A stretch of DNA of 63,991 nucleotides, the filler included, from Octopus bimaculoides (Eukaryota): assembly GCF_001194135.2 (NCBI RefSeq). It is 4 parts of 4 records of this genome, joined end to end, with 100 filler letters (N's around TTAATTAATTAA, not from the genome) between each part and the next. Parts side by side here need not be neighbours in the genome. Positions count along the whole stretch, not along the records: positions 1 to 23,958 come from NC_068981.1; 3 more parts are not named here. One strand, written 5' to 3'. This document shows positions 1 through 12,360 of this stretch, in pieces. Positions within the stretch are counted from its first letter, which is position 1. Each line of letters begins with the position of its first letter. The notes under the pieces were generated by a model. It was not told the origin of the DNA. It did no database searches and worked only from the letters and a program-made list of their open reading frames with translations. Both the position numbers and the translations under genes were made by a program.

Positions 1-43
<43 letters not shown>

Positions 44-45
<2 letters not shown>

Positions 46-1266
46 CGAGGGTGTACCCAACAGAAACCGGAATATTCCAATATTATTTTATTCACTTAGT
101 TTTATATACTCTTTACTCTTACTCTTTCAAATTGTTTCCGTCATTTGACTGTGGCCATGCTGAAGCATCGCCTTTAGTCGAGCAAATCGACCCCTGGACT
201 TATTCTTTGTAAGCCTAGTACTTATTCTATCGGTCTCTTTTGCCGATGTACACTTTTATCACCTTCAAAGTATTCTAAACGTGAAGCAATGCATCAGTCT
301 AGACGCGTTTTCTACTGTTCAAAGCAGTCCTAGAACTTTTGCGAACTGGTGCCTTTTAATGCCTGTGTCGTTTTTTTCTCTTCACCTCTTCCACATCTGC
401 AAAACGTTCTCCTCTAAGCACTTTTTTTATTCGGTGGAACAAAAAAAGTTGTAGAGAGCAAGATCGGGTGCATAAGTTGGGTGGGTGAACGGGTTCATAT
501 CAATTTTGGTCAAAGATTGTCTCACACTGAAAGCGGTGTGCGAAGGTGCATTGACATGATCAAACCATCACTGTCCACTTTGCCACTGGTCGGGGCGTAT
601 TCGTAACGCCGTGTCTCGCAAACGTTTCGGAACTGCCATGTAAAATGTTTTGTTAACCAGGAGGAACAAATACTGTGTGGACAATTCCTTTCACATCGAT
701 GAAACAATTCAGCATCGTATTGACACTAGATTTCCCCTGACGTACTTTTGTGGGGAGTGTGTCGTGTCATTGAATGCTCCCATTGACTTGATTGCTGCTT
801 CATTTCCGGGTCGTAGCCATAGCACCAGCTTTCGTCACCAGTGATGACCTTCAAAGAAAGGTTCGGATCAACTTCCAACTGTTCTTTCAGTTCACAACAC
901 ACATTCAGTCATGACTGCTTTTGATCTTCCGTGAGCAAGTGAACCACAAATTTTGCTGCAACTCTTTTCATTCGTAATTCGTTGCCAGGAGCTCCGGTAT
1001 ACACCAGTCATATCAACATTTCGTCAGTTGTTCGGCGACGGTCCTCCAGGATCAGTTCATGAATTTTCGTGATGTTTTCATCCGTTCGGGAGGTCGACGG
1101 TCGCTCTGAATGTGTCTGGTCTTCAAGTGACCATTCATAAAATTTGAAAACCCCTCGTAAACTCGTGTTTTGTTGATGGCAGCGTTCTTGTGGCATAAAA
1201 ACTGTTTCGGCCGCCGTTTTCCCCAACAGAAAACAAAATTTCACAGAAACACGCTGGTCCTTCGTT
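44..1266 (-). mobile_element. Degenerate irritans-like mariner; 5' end lost in N gap
   Basis: TIR TACGAGGG at 44. Minus-strand translation gives DQRVSVKFCFLLGKTAAETV, RPSTSRTDENI, HPPNYAPDLALYNFFLF and the C-terminus EYFEGD, with frameshifts and stops. Confidence 0.9.
108..246 (-). mobile_element. SINE family B 3' fragment nested in the mariner 3' UTR
   Basis: gtcatttgactgtggccatgctgaagcatcgcctttagtcgagcaaatcgaccc matches the other B copies. Confidence 0.85.
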
Positions 1267-1434
1267 NNNNNNNNNNNNNNNNNNNNNNNNNNNNNNNNNN
1301 NNNNNNNNNNNNNNNNNNNNNNNNNNNNNNNNNNNNNNNNNNNNNNNNNNNNNNNNNNNNNNNNNNNNNNNNNNNNNNNNNNNNNNNNNNNNNNNNNNNN
1401 NNNNNNNNNNNNNNNNNNNNNNNNNNNNNNNNNN

Positions 1435-1495
<61 letters not shown>

Positions 1496-2834
1496 GCACG
1501 CACGCGCGCATGCAGATACAAACACGCACACATATATCAAATGTGTGAGATTATGTGGGTACTAATCCACGCAGAATGTATTTTTAATTCCCAAAACCTT
1601 TTTGAAATTTCTGCTGTGCATTTACACGCTGGGTGAAAGGATAGTCTGATCTCTGACACAGCTTATGTTTATTCTCCATACATATCAAGCCTTCCATTGT
1701 CGACAGTTTCCAGCTTTACTTTTTGATTCTAACGATCCAAATGCCAAGATCATTATCTTGTTTATTATATTTTCACCTACCCCTTCCAAATTTCATCTAT
1801 CTTACTAAATACTGAGTTACCTTCCTTTACTCATTCATTCATTCTTTACACTGAAGAAGAAGGGTTTTTCTTTCAGATGTCTTTTTAATTATATAAAATA
1901 ATGCGGTGTTAGAGACGTTTAGAGACGATGTCTTACTCTTTTATATACTACATGATTTATTATATCATTATTGGATGTAGTAACTGTATTAGATTCTCTC
2001 TATTAATTTTTCCCTCCGGCTATGGAAACCACACACCTATGTACCACATTGTGAGGAATCGTTTCGTAGTTATTATGTGCCTCTTTAGCTCGAGGTTCTT
2101 TAATCAAATCATTTTAATGTTAGACAAGATTTTTCTCGGGTAAGTCTCTTCTAATGTATTCTTTTTACAGTTACATGTGAAAGAAATTTTCAGTACAATC
2201 ACAACGGTTGAAACTGTGTGCAAGAGTAATGCCATTTAATGTGCATTAATGGAATCATATACTACTTTTAAGCTATACATTTATAATTTTCCTCTTGTTT
2301 AATGGAATAAAAAGAAAGCAAATGATTCAATCAACAGCTTCGCTGTACCTGTAATGCACCTTTCGGTTGTACATGAAATATTAATGGTACCACATTATTG
2401 ATGTATGAAATGATAATTGAAACATATTTGACAAAATCAAGACATTGTATTTTACAAGACTATTTGATTTTTCTTGTCCATGGTTATAGGCAAATCTATA
2501 AATGCAGCTTTGTTTCTAAGGAGTCATTTCAGTACAAAATCCTCTTAAGTGTAATATTATACTTTTTATCTTAACCAGCACTTTTTAAAACTTCATAAAC
2601 TTTGTCCGTTCTCATAGTTAGGATCAGGAGCAGGAATGATCGTATAGTTGGAGGTTTGCTTCACAATCACACACACGAGTCCAAGTTCGTTTCACTTGCA
2701 CCGCATTTTAGCTTGGTCAAGTTTTTTCAAGAGAACCCAGGCTTCGGCTGCCAAAAACTGAGAATACCCATTTGCTTGTAGCTCTTCTTGAATAGTAGGG
2801 CTAAGTCGGCCCCCAATCTTATTATAATAACACT

Positions 2835-2990
2835 TAGAGCAAAGAGCTGGCAGAATCCTTACGCTCAGAATTCAAATTCCGCCTTCGGGGTCTGTAAAAT
2901 AAGTACTGTTGAACACTGGATTCGATGTAATTGAATTGCTTACTCCTCCAATCTTAAGGCCTTGAGCCCAAAGTAGAAAGAATTATTATA
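2835..2990 (+). mobile_element. Internally deleted SINE family A
   Basis: gagctggcagaatc...ttcaaattccgcc...ggggtc...aagtagaaagaatt, collinear with the 8281 copy. Confidence 0.65.
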
Positions 2991-4831
2991 ACTAATCCAC
3001 TCTACTGCAAGCATTGGGGTCAAGTTTCTAGTCAGAAGCAATTTACGCCATTTTCTATTGCAGCAAACATGAGCTGTAACTTTTTCCTCTTTTAGACTCA
3101 CGAGAATCTCATGTCCTGCAAAAGTTCAAGAATAGTGTCTGTCATCCTCTTTTTAAAGAAAAACTTTTCAAAAAATAGCAGCGAAAATAATTTCAATTTT
3201 TAATTTCCTACATCATATAGATTTAAAATTGATTGTATAATATAGATTTCAGCCTAAAGAAATGTAGTTTTTCACTTTCTTAAAATGTAGTAAAACTAGG
3301 TATGAGCAAAATATCAGCAGTGTTAGATGGGACACTGAAATAATAATGATAATATGTATTTGAAATAAAATTTACATATCTTCAAAATACATTTGTCATT
3401 TTAATAATTAAATAACAGTTTTTAATAAGATGTAATTTCTTCCCGTTATCTATTTTACAATTATACGGTCTACATTTAATTTTAGATATCTCTCTGATAT
3501 CACTAATTGTTGATACCTTGTCAGCAATTTTAAGTCATGCTTGATAGCGTATCTAAAACAATAGCATTCAATTATGCAATTGAAGGGATTACATGTAAAT
3601 CACATTCTTAAACCCAATCGAAGAAAAAAAATAAAAGCAGAGCATATCCAAATGCTTTATTTTGATGGCTGTCAATGAATTTCGTAGGCAATGATTAGAT
3701 AACAAAACCTAGCGTTGATATTTCTTAATGGCTCTCGTATGTGTTCTTATTCTATTGAAGAATAATAAAGCTAGTCTTATTCTCAGTTACGTTCAGTACA
3801 TAGACCGTTCGCTAAAGTGTTGAGAATGTATCATAGAATTAGCAACAATAGCATGAATGGTAGTGCTTTACTCAGCTGCGGGGGTTAAGGAACTTCATGA
3901 ATAGACTATTATTGTGCTTAACATTTATCTTGCTTCACAACTGCGAGCTGTACAAACTGAATAGTTTTGTACATTCCAATGAATCAATACGATGCGATAG
4001 ATTAAAATAAGTGTTCTGTTTTCTAACCTCTAGAGAGGCACATATATCGATCGGACATTAAGGTAGACACATAGTAACAAGAAAGAATCTGGATGGTCAT
4101 TAAGAAAAACGAATTGAAATATGCACGTTTAAATAAGAATGATAAAAGATATAGGCCGCACTCAATAACCAGCTTTCATAAAGGATTTTCATCAGATCGC
4201 TTTTGTTTATTTACACTTTAAACGAAATATAATTTAAGTGAACGATGTTTGAATGGATGAGTTGAGGAATATATAAATGAATTTTTGTACAGTAATTTTA
4301 GAAATTACTTACCAATTAGCCATAAATTTGTCCTGATTTTAAAATCCATTTACTGAAGCAGGAAAATTATTTTGACTACAAAATAATTTATACCTATCGA
4401 AATGCATGCACAAATAAATGATCAATCTAACATAAACAGTGAATTCAATTATTTTAACATATATTCTAAGAACAATCGAAGTATAAATAATTACTTGATC
4501 TGCAGTCATACATACAAAATTTTTATTATTAGAATCGCAATATTTCTAGTCTCAACACCACAAGTTCTCTCTTATAGCGAAACCACCATATGTTTCCTTT
4601 TTCAAGGTCAGAGTAATGAGGAGGGTAACATTCCATCAAATTTATAACTCTTTATGAACTCTAATGGATAATTTTACACATTATCTTTATCGCAGAAATC
4701 AATCCTGAAGTAACCTACCTCCGTCAAATACGTTGATAATTGGTTTATAGAATCAACAGGAATGGAAGGGATTTGACAGAGGGCTAAATGTGAATTTGTA
4801 TTCCTACTGAAACTCTGGACAGGAACTCTAC

Positions 4832-5063
4832 CGTATCTGGACAATTACCTCCGCTAGGACAATTCCAATTCCATAGGACAATTCCAATTCCATAGGACAA
4901 TTCCCCCGACAACAACCTACCCTCTATGACAATTACACCACTTGGTTAATTACCCCCTCTTCAATATATTAAAATGTTTTAAATCATCATCTGTTGTCTT
5001 CAGGGGTAATTGTCCCTGGGGGAGGTTATTGTTCATGGAGGCGGGGGTAAATGTCCTAGACAT
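4832..5063. mobile_element. MITE with subterminal GGACAATT repeats
   Basis: Left arm has repeated ggacaatt(c/a)cc, right arm has inverted gggtaattgtcc and ggtaaatgtcctaga. Flanked by the direct repeat gaactctac (4823-4831, 5064-5072). Confidence 0.7.
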
Positions 5064-5785
5064 GAACTCTACGCCTCAACAGTAAATGATGACTATGGCT
5101 GCAGCATCCGCGCTATTTAATGCGCTTGCTCTCCCCAGTGAGGCATTTGTTCAAATTTGCAAGCTGGATCTTTGGATCGCAGGCAAAAGCGTTATTTTGC
5201 CTGCTGAAATGTTAGAGCTGACCAGCGGTTATGGTCAGCATTCGTGAGAGATATGGTGAACTCGTTGGTCGGAGCCGGCTCAACTCACCGCAGTGAATAC
5301 CACTGTAAGTACAAGTGCAAAAAGAAATGTTACAGTTCAAGCAAGGAAGTTCTAAGCATAAAATTTAGCAGTTTACATTCATTCAATAAAACCTCAACAC
5401 CATATAAAAACTCAACCATGGCAGTTTAGTTGTTCCCTTCTTTCACGAATACGAAGCAGAAATTTAGCCCTGTCATGATCCTCTTGATACTATGGTAGCA
5501 TATCCATGATTTGTTTAGGTTTCGTGAATATATTTTGCCAAAATGAAAAATGGATTATAACTACACTAGAGGCAGCAGCTCTTTTAAGATAACTTTCTTT
5601 CAAAAATATTTGTAAATCGCCTCAAAACACTGTAATCGTGCTACCAAAAGGTAAAACATTTTACAAAAGACTACAAAATATGCTATCAACAGCTTCATAT
5701 TCATACATCAGCAGCTGTGGTGCTTCATTTCAACAAACGAAGCCTCGGTTTCATGTGTTTCGAATTATTTATGCTAGTTTGCTGT

Positions 5786-5793
5786 TGACGTCA
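5786..5793. promoter_or_regulatory. Perfect CRE palindrome TGACGTCA
   Basis: Motif is present (ttgacgtcaa); function unproven. Confidence 0.25.
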
Positions 5794-6309
5794 ATACAAC
5801 AAACAGCATCCCTGTTAACAGAAACTGGAATATGAAAAGTTGAATGAGCTGTAGAACCACTTTTTTTATGCCAATGCAGCTAGCCCTACAGATGCAGCAT
5901 TGAGAACCGGTGAACTGGTTAATCCAAATATACTTTCAGAGAAGAAATATTCGGCATCTCCATTGCGACGGTTGTTGCAAGGACCGTAAAGATTTACTAT
6001 TCGAAATAGCTTACCACAGTTTTGTTTCGTTCCGTGGAAATTCTGCAGAAAGGAACATATTTATTACAGGTATATACCACATTGAATTGTCTACAGTTAT
6101 CTCGACCTCTTCCTGGTGGAGTAGCAATTTCAGAAGTAGTAGTAGTAGTAGCAGCGGCAACAGCAGTAGTGGGAGAAGAGGAGGAGGAGGAGCAAAAGAG
6201 TAACAGAAGAGGAGGAGTAACAGATGAGGGGGATTATTTTTCGTAGACATGGACCATTTAAAGTGATATGTGGCATATCTTTGCAACAATTGCTGAGAGG
6301 ATATGTGGT

Positions 6310-6853
6310 TGTTGTTGATGGCACTCTGTCGCTTAAGACGTCGAGGGTTCCAGTTGATCCGATCAACGGAACAGCCTGATCGTGAAATTAACGTGCAAGT
6401 GGTTGAGCACTCCACACACACACGTGTACCCTTAACGTAGTTCTCGGGGATATTCAGCGTGACACAGTGTGACAACGCTGACCCTTTGAATTACAGGCAC
6501 AACAGAAACAGGAAGCAAGAGTGAGAGAAAGTTGTGGTGGAAGAGTACAGCAGGTTTCGCCACCATCCNNNNNNNNNNGTGTACCCTTAACGTAGTTCTC
6601 GGGGATATTCAGCGTGACACAGTGTGACAAGGCTGACCCTTTGAATTACAGGCACAACAGAAACAGGAAGCAAGAGTGAGAGAAAGTTGTGGTGGAAGAG
6701 TACAGCAGGTTTCGCCACCATCCCCTACCGGAGCCTCGTGGAGCTTTAGGTGTTTTCGCTCAATAAACACTCACAACACCCGATCTGGGAATCGAAACCG
6801 CGATCCTATGACCGCGAGTCCGCTGCCATAACCACTAGGCCATTACGCCTCCA
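6310..6853 (-). mobile_element. tRNA-derived SINE family D, with a segment duplicated across a 10-N gap
   Basis: Minus-strand head tggaggcgtaatggcctagtggtt...ggtttcgattccc has A and B boxes. Homologous copy at 55372. Confidence 0.85.
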
Positions 6854-7321
6854 CTGGCTATGTGGCACGTTGGTAACTATACTCATAAAAGAAGCTCTGT
6901 GGTATTACCAACGCCTGTCATTCAACTGTAACATAAAGTGCATTTGATTGCAAGTTTGAGAATTTATATCATCGATGTGAATATTTGGTAAAGGATGTTG
7001 TTTGATCAGAGAAAAGCAATGGTTTTGATCAAGAGCTGCTGAACCATTAATACTTTGAACTCACCATATGTGTCCAATATATTTGCTTAAGATTCACTGG
7101 GGAGCATTATGTGGTCATCCCATAAGACACACCCCACCGTCTTTGAGAACGACATATTCAGTTACGTGGTTCTAAGTTTGTTGCACGTTGGAAAAACTGG
7201 CTGGTCACGGCAGGAAGGCCTTTGATTATATGTCTGTTCGTCCCTGACTAACTGAGGATTAAAAGAGTTTGACAATAATGACCGCACTGTTTGAAATCAC
7301 GCCTCGATCATAGAATATTTT

Positions 7322-7720
7322 TACCTTTCACTTGCTTCAATCATTAGACTGCAGTCGTGTTGGGGGCACCACCTTCAAAAGTTTTTTAGTCGAATGAATC
7401 GACACCAGTACTTTTTTTCTTTCAAGCCTGGTACTTAGTCAACCGGTCTTATTTACCGAACTGTTAAATTACAGGGACATAAACAAACTAATACCGGCTG
7501 TCAAGCTGTGGGTGGGGGACAAACACAGATACAAAACGACCCCACCCCATGTGTACACACACACACACACACGACAGGCTTTTTTTAGTTGCCGTCTACG
7601 AGACCCACTCATAAGGCTTTGGCTGGCCCGGGGCTAACTTGCCAAAGGTGTTTCGCAGTGGGACTGAACCCGGAACCATGTGGCTTAGAAGCAAACTCAT
7701 TACCACTCTTTCACGTCTGC
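7322..7720 (-). mobile_element. SINE family B, near full length
   Basis: Head gtgggactgaacccggaaccatgtgg (reverse complement of B box region), central (CA)n and conserved 3' region. Confidence 0.85.
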
Positions 7721-8280
7721 TCTAGATGCATCAGTTCTGGTCAGACTTAATGGTGTGGTGTAACAGCATTCAGGGATGACATTTCATTTTATTTATATTT
7801 GTAATTCTATGAAAAACATTGAAGAACATAACCTAAACTGGAATTCACAAATATCATAGACTTAATTGCCCCTGTGTTGTTTTAATGATAATGACGATGG
7901 TGATGATGATGATAACGTTGCGTGAGTTCAGAGATTACGCAAAAAACCCCAACGAAAACAAACTTTGCATTTATACAAAATAGAATAATTCTTTTAAGTG
8001 AATTTGAACCATCGTCTTCTGCTTTCCTTTAACGATAGAATAAACACCTCTAATCCCAGAAAACATCTATGCTATTCTGTTTCCTTGTGAACCAATGAGT
8101 TATCCTTCAGACTTCCTTAATATGAATGACATGTATGTATAAAAATGTATAAAGAGAAGGAGAGAGAGAAAGAAAGAAAGAAAGGGATAGATAGAAAGAA
8201 AGATAGATAGATAGAACGGATGGAAAGCAAATGTTAACATAAAAATTATTTGAAGAACGAGTTATACAATATATCATTTG

Positions 8281-8497
8281 CGTAAGGCGGTGAGCTGGTA
8301 GAAACGTTAGCACGCCAGGCGAAATGCATAGCGCTATTTCGTCTGTCTTTACGTTCTGAGTTCAAATTCCGCCGAGGTCAACTTTACCTTTCATCATTTC
8401 GGGGTCGATAAATTAAGTACCAGTTGCGTACTGGGGTCGATCTAATCGACTGGCCCCTTCCGCCAAAATTTCGGGCCTTGTACCTAAAGTAGAAAAG
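8281..8497 (+). mobile_element. SINE family A, full length with 13-bp TSD
   Basis: B box gagttcaaattcc. TSD aatatatcatttg at 8268-8280 and 8498-8510. Confidence 0.9.
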
Positions 8498-8980
8498 AAT
8501 ATATCATTTGAGTTCTAGATATCTCTAGAACTACACCGTCGTTTCATTGCCAAATTTCTAAGCGCTAAGTTGAAGATCAAATTATTTTCGATAGTCAAGA
8601 TCAGAGCATGATAGGCTCAGCCGATGCTATTGTAATTTTAAGTTCAAATCTTTGGGAGTAAAAGTCAGCAAATCTACTGTTAAGTTCATATGATCTAAAC
8701 ATACTTGTATGGGTGTGTGTATGTGTGTTCGGTACATGGTGGCTGCTGTCACTGGATATGCTACAATGCTGAAATTATTACACTGGCTTAAATATTTATA
8801 GATATGCAAACCTTGCGCTACTCTATGAATAAATATGATTTTAAACTGTCATCATACGTTTCCGGTTTCGTATTATCAGTGAGTAAACTAATTATAAAAT
8901 TATGTCACGATACTGCACCAACACAATTATTATAAAGAAAAATTATTGATGAGTGTGAAGGGCTAACCTCCATCATATCA

Positions 8981-8981
<1 letters not shown>

Positions 8982-9029
<48 letters not shown>

Positions 9030-9030
9030 C
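8982..9030. repeat. (TCTA)n microsatellite
   Basis: Visible tandem array. Confidence 0.95.
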
Positions 9031-9079
9031 TCTCTTTCTCCTTTGTACGCATTTTTATACATATATGCCATTCATATTA

Positions 9080-9440
9080 AGGAAGTCTGAAGGATAACTC
9101 ACTGGTTCACAAGGAAACAGAAGTAAGAAAATTACACACTGTTTCTTTGTGGGTGACTTCAAACTTGATGCAAAGAATATGCACGAGATGAAAAAGAGCC
9201 TTGACCTAGTTACAATGTTCTCAAAGGATGTAGGATTGGAGTTTGGTTAGAATAAATGTTGTTATATGGTTGTGAAAAGAGGGGAAACTGTAAAGCAGAC
9301 TTGCAACATATCCATCAGTGATTTGACTGTTTCCCCTGTATCTGACGAGAAATGTTACAGATATCTAGGGGTGGATGAAAACATATCTTACAATGACACC
9401 TGTAACAAAACACGTGCCACTAAAGAATATTACAGTCGAG
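9080..9440 (+). mobile_element. R4/Dong-like non-LTR retrotransposon RT fragment
   Basis: KITHCFFVGDFKLDAKN...VTMFSKDVGLEFG*NKC...YRYLGVDENI resembles the RT (Y/F)xDD region and thumb of RLE-type LINEs. Confidence 0.75.
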
Positions 9441-9548
9441 CACTGGGGTCAATGTAATCGACTTGCACCCTCCCCCACAATTGCCTGCCTTGTGCCAAAA
9501 TGTTGTAAGGCAAAGTCGACCTTTTTTAGATTAATATTAGATTTCTAT

Positions 9549-9995
9549 GAAGGCAGCGATCTGGCAGAAACGTTAGCACGCCGGACAAAATGCTTAGCAG
9601 CATTTCGTACGCCTTTACTTTCTGAGATCAAATTCCACCGAGGTCTAGTTTGCCTTACAACCTTTCGGAGACGATAAATTAAGTACCAGTTGCGGGCTGG
9701 GGGTCGATCTGATCGACGGGCCCCATCCGCCCAAATTTCGGGCCTTGTGCCTAGAATAGAAAAGCATATTGGATTTCTGTGAAGACAGCGAGCTGGCAGA
9801 ATCGTTGGCACGCCGAGCGAAATGCTTAGCAGTATTTCGTCTGTCTTTACGTTTTATGTTCAAATTTCGCCGAGGTCGACTTTACCTTTCATCCTTTCGG
9901 GGACGATAAATTAAGTACCAATTGCGTACTGGTTTCGATCTAATCGACTGGCCTCCTCCCCCAAAATTTCGGGCCTTGTGCCTAGAGTAGAAAAG
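9549..9995 (+). mobile_element. Head-to-tail dimer of SINE family A (9549-9764, 9781-9995)
   Basis: Two full copies separated and flanked by an atattggatttct-like motif. Confidence 0.9.
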
Positions 9996-10754
9996 AATAT
10001 TGGATTTCTATCAGTCTATATTGTATGCTTTAAGGCTTGTCGCAAAGAAGTTTGTTATCTTGATGTCTTATATTCCTGATTCATCATCCGGATGTTTGCA
10101 TTTCTACTGTGTTCTGTCCTATTTCTATTTGAGTTTCTTGGCGGGGTATCTATATACTGCGTCGACATTTTTATGTGTGTCATGAGTACTGGGAAAAAAA
10201 AAAAATCCCATTTCTCACATTTTCTTAAAATCTCCTTAGAAAAAACAGCTGGAGACAGAATATCCGTTTCTTAAAAGCGCTTGATTTTATTTGATAGGTT
10301 TATGAAAGAAAGAAAAAAGAAAACACAACTGCCATTACTACGCATATGTTACTTCTCGTAAAGCATAGTAACAAGTAACGAGGTTGGCCGAAGATGAATT
10401 TATCCTTGAGTGTTGTGTAATAGAAGAGGAGAAAATTTTGGCATATCATAATGAAATAAGTAAAAGCATTAATTAAGTGATGTAATTTTTCCATTCAGAT
10501 AGAAGCTGGGATAGTTCCCAACGGATGAATAGGTTGGTAATCAAAAGAAAGACTACAATGAAGATTTATTACGAATGTATTAGTTCTTCGGCATTGAATA
10601 AACGAAAGAATATCTTAAGATTAAGTTGGAGAACTGGAAAGAAAAGCTAATGGAATCAGCAGTACGATGATGGATATTTTATTGTTCACTGCTAAAGTTC
10701 TTTTAAGCAATGTGTTTGGAAGGGTGATAAACTAGTGTAAATTAACGTATAGTA

Positions 10755-11390
10755 GAAGCCAGCGTGGTTGTGTGGTAAGAAGCGGACTGGCAGAAACATT
10801 AGCAGGCCGGGCGAAATGATTAGCGGTATTTCGTCTACCGTACGTTCTGAGTTCAAATTCCGTCGAGGCTGACTTTGCCTTTCATCCTTTCGGGGTCGAT
10901 AAATTAAGTACCAGTTACGCCCTGGGGTCGATGTAATCGACTTAATCCCCTTGTCTGTCCTTGTTTGTCCCCTCTATGTTTAGCCCCTTGTGGGCAATAA
11001 AGAAATAAAATAAAAAGCTTGCTTCCCAACCACATGGTTCCGGGTTCAGTCCCACTGTGTGGCACCTTGGACAAGCGTCTTCTACTATAGCCTCGGGCCG
11101 ACGACAGACTTCTGAGTGGATTTGGTCGACGGAAACTGAACGAAACCTGACGTATGTATGTATGTGTGTATGTATGTGTGTCATTGCATATGTCTTTGTC
11201 CATTCTCCGCCGCTTAACAACGTGTGATTGTGTCTCCGCAATCTAGGAGTTGGGTAAAAGAGACTGATAGAATAAGTACGAGGTTTTAAAGAAATGAGTA
11301 CTAGAATCGATTCGTTTCCCGCAACAATTCTTGAAGGCCGTGCCCCAGCATGGCCGCAGTCTAATGACTGAAACAAGTAAAAAAAATAAA
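10755..11390 (+). mobile_element. SINE B with SINE A (about 10783-11013) inserted in its tRNA-like head
   Basis: B head gtggtaagaag is interrupted by a full A copy and resumes at aagcttgcttcccaacc. Confidence 0.9.
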
Positions 11391-11489
11391 AGAATGCACA
11401 AGGTGTGGATACTATATTCTTATAGGTTTGGAAATGCATTGAAAATGTGTGTGGGTGTTTGTGTGTCTGTGTGTATACACACACACAGG

Positions 11490-12320
11490 TACGAGGTCTA
11501 ATCAATAAGTGTCCGGGTTGGCACAGATTAACCTTGGACTCTGCTGTGCATGCGTACTAAGTTTTAACGTTCTAACTCACTTCCGCTATTTACAGCAGTT
11601 CTTAGAAGGAAGGGGTGTAGCGTGTGAGTGTCGCATTGACCATGACAGAGAAGGTCGACGCAAAGTTGCAGAAAGTGTATAGAGAGGAGTGTATGAGCCG
11701 CACACAAGTGTACGAGTGGTTCAGACGTTAACAAGCTGGAAGAAGAAATGTCGATATTGACGAACGTTCTAGGAGACCTGCAACCAGCAGAACTGAACAA
11801 AAAAATAAAACAACGCGAATGTGCTTGAAGCTGTAAGGAGAAATCGTCAAATCACCATCCGTGAGTTATCAGAGGATGCGCAGATTGGTTACGGTTCAGT
11901 TCAGTCCATTATCACTGATGCTTTGGGTATGAGACGCGTGTCTGCCAATTTTGAACCAAAACTGCTTTTAGCTGACCAAAAAGACACTCTGGTTTCAGTT
12001 ACAAAAGAACTTGATTGTGTCGAGAACAATGAAAAATTTTGGAAACTTTGCGTAGGTCGCTGAGCTGGTATCGCCTAACCTTTCGGCAAAATTTGATGCA
12101 GATTCTCTGCTCAACTTTCTCTGTCATGGTCAGTGCGACGATCACATGCTACACACGTTCCTGCCAAGCACTGCTGTAAACAACCGAAGTGAACTAGATC
12201 GTTAGAACTCAGTGCGCATCCACAGCAGAGATCATGATCAATCTAGGGCAAGCGGCTTCACTCAGCGTGCTTTAGCTTCGTAACTATGGTAACAGTCCGG
12301 ATAGTTATTGATCAGACCAC

Positions 12321-12323
<3 letters not shown>
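11490..12323. mobile_element. Mariner derivative with two facing 5' ends
   Basis: TIRs tacgaggtctaatcaataag and (reverse complement) tacgtggtctgatcaataac. Both arms carry the 5' UTR and an MTEKV start. The left arm continues into a transposase HTH (RNRQITIRELSED...MRRVSA). Confidence 0.85.

Positions 12324-12360
<37 letters not shown>

Noticed and set aside
1008-1565. Long ORFs with X, HT, VC, YI or poly-I runs here and throughout the track
   Set aside because: Produced by N gaps and di- or trinucleotide microsatellites.
6424-6723. 145-bp direct duplication in SINE D
   Set aside because: The copies flank a 10-N gap and differ by one base, typical of overlapping contig or haplotype ends.
6780-6853. 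tRNA genes at SINE heads
   Set aside because: A and B boxes continue into SINE bodies and lack a complete cloverleaf.
6930-7320. Possible Penelope or LINE RT remnants (also 1950-2480, 25600-25900)
   Set aside because: Motif hints (SKAF, IDDI, FLDLTL) are too fragmentary to assign without a search.
8511-8532. Perfect 9-bp hairpin agttctaga-tatc-tctagaact
   Set aside because: Short and isolated; expected occasionally by chance in AT-rich DNA.
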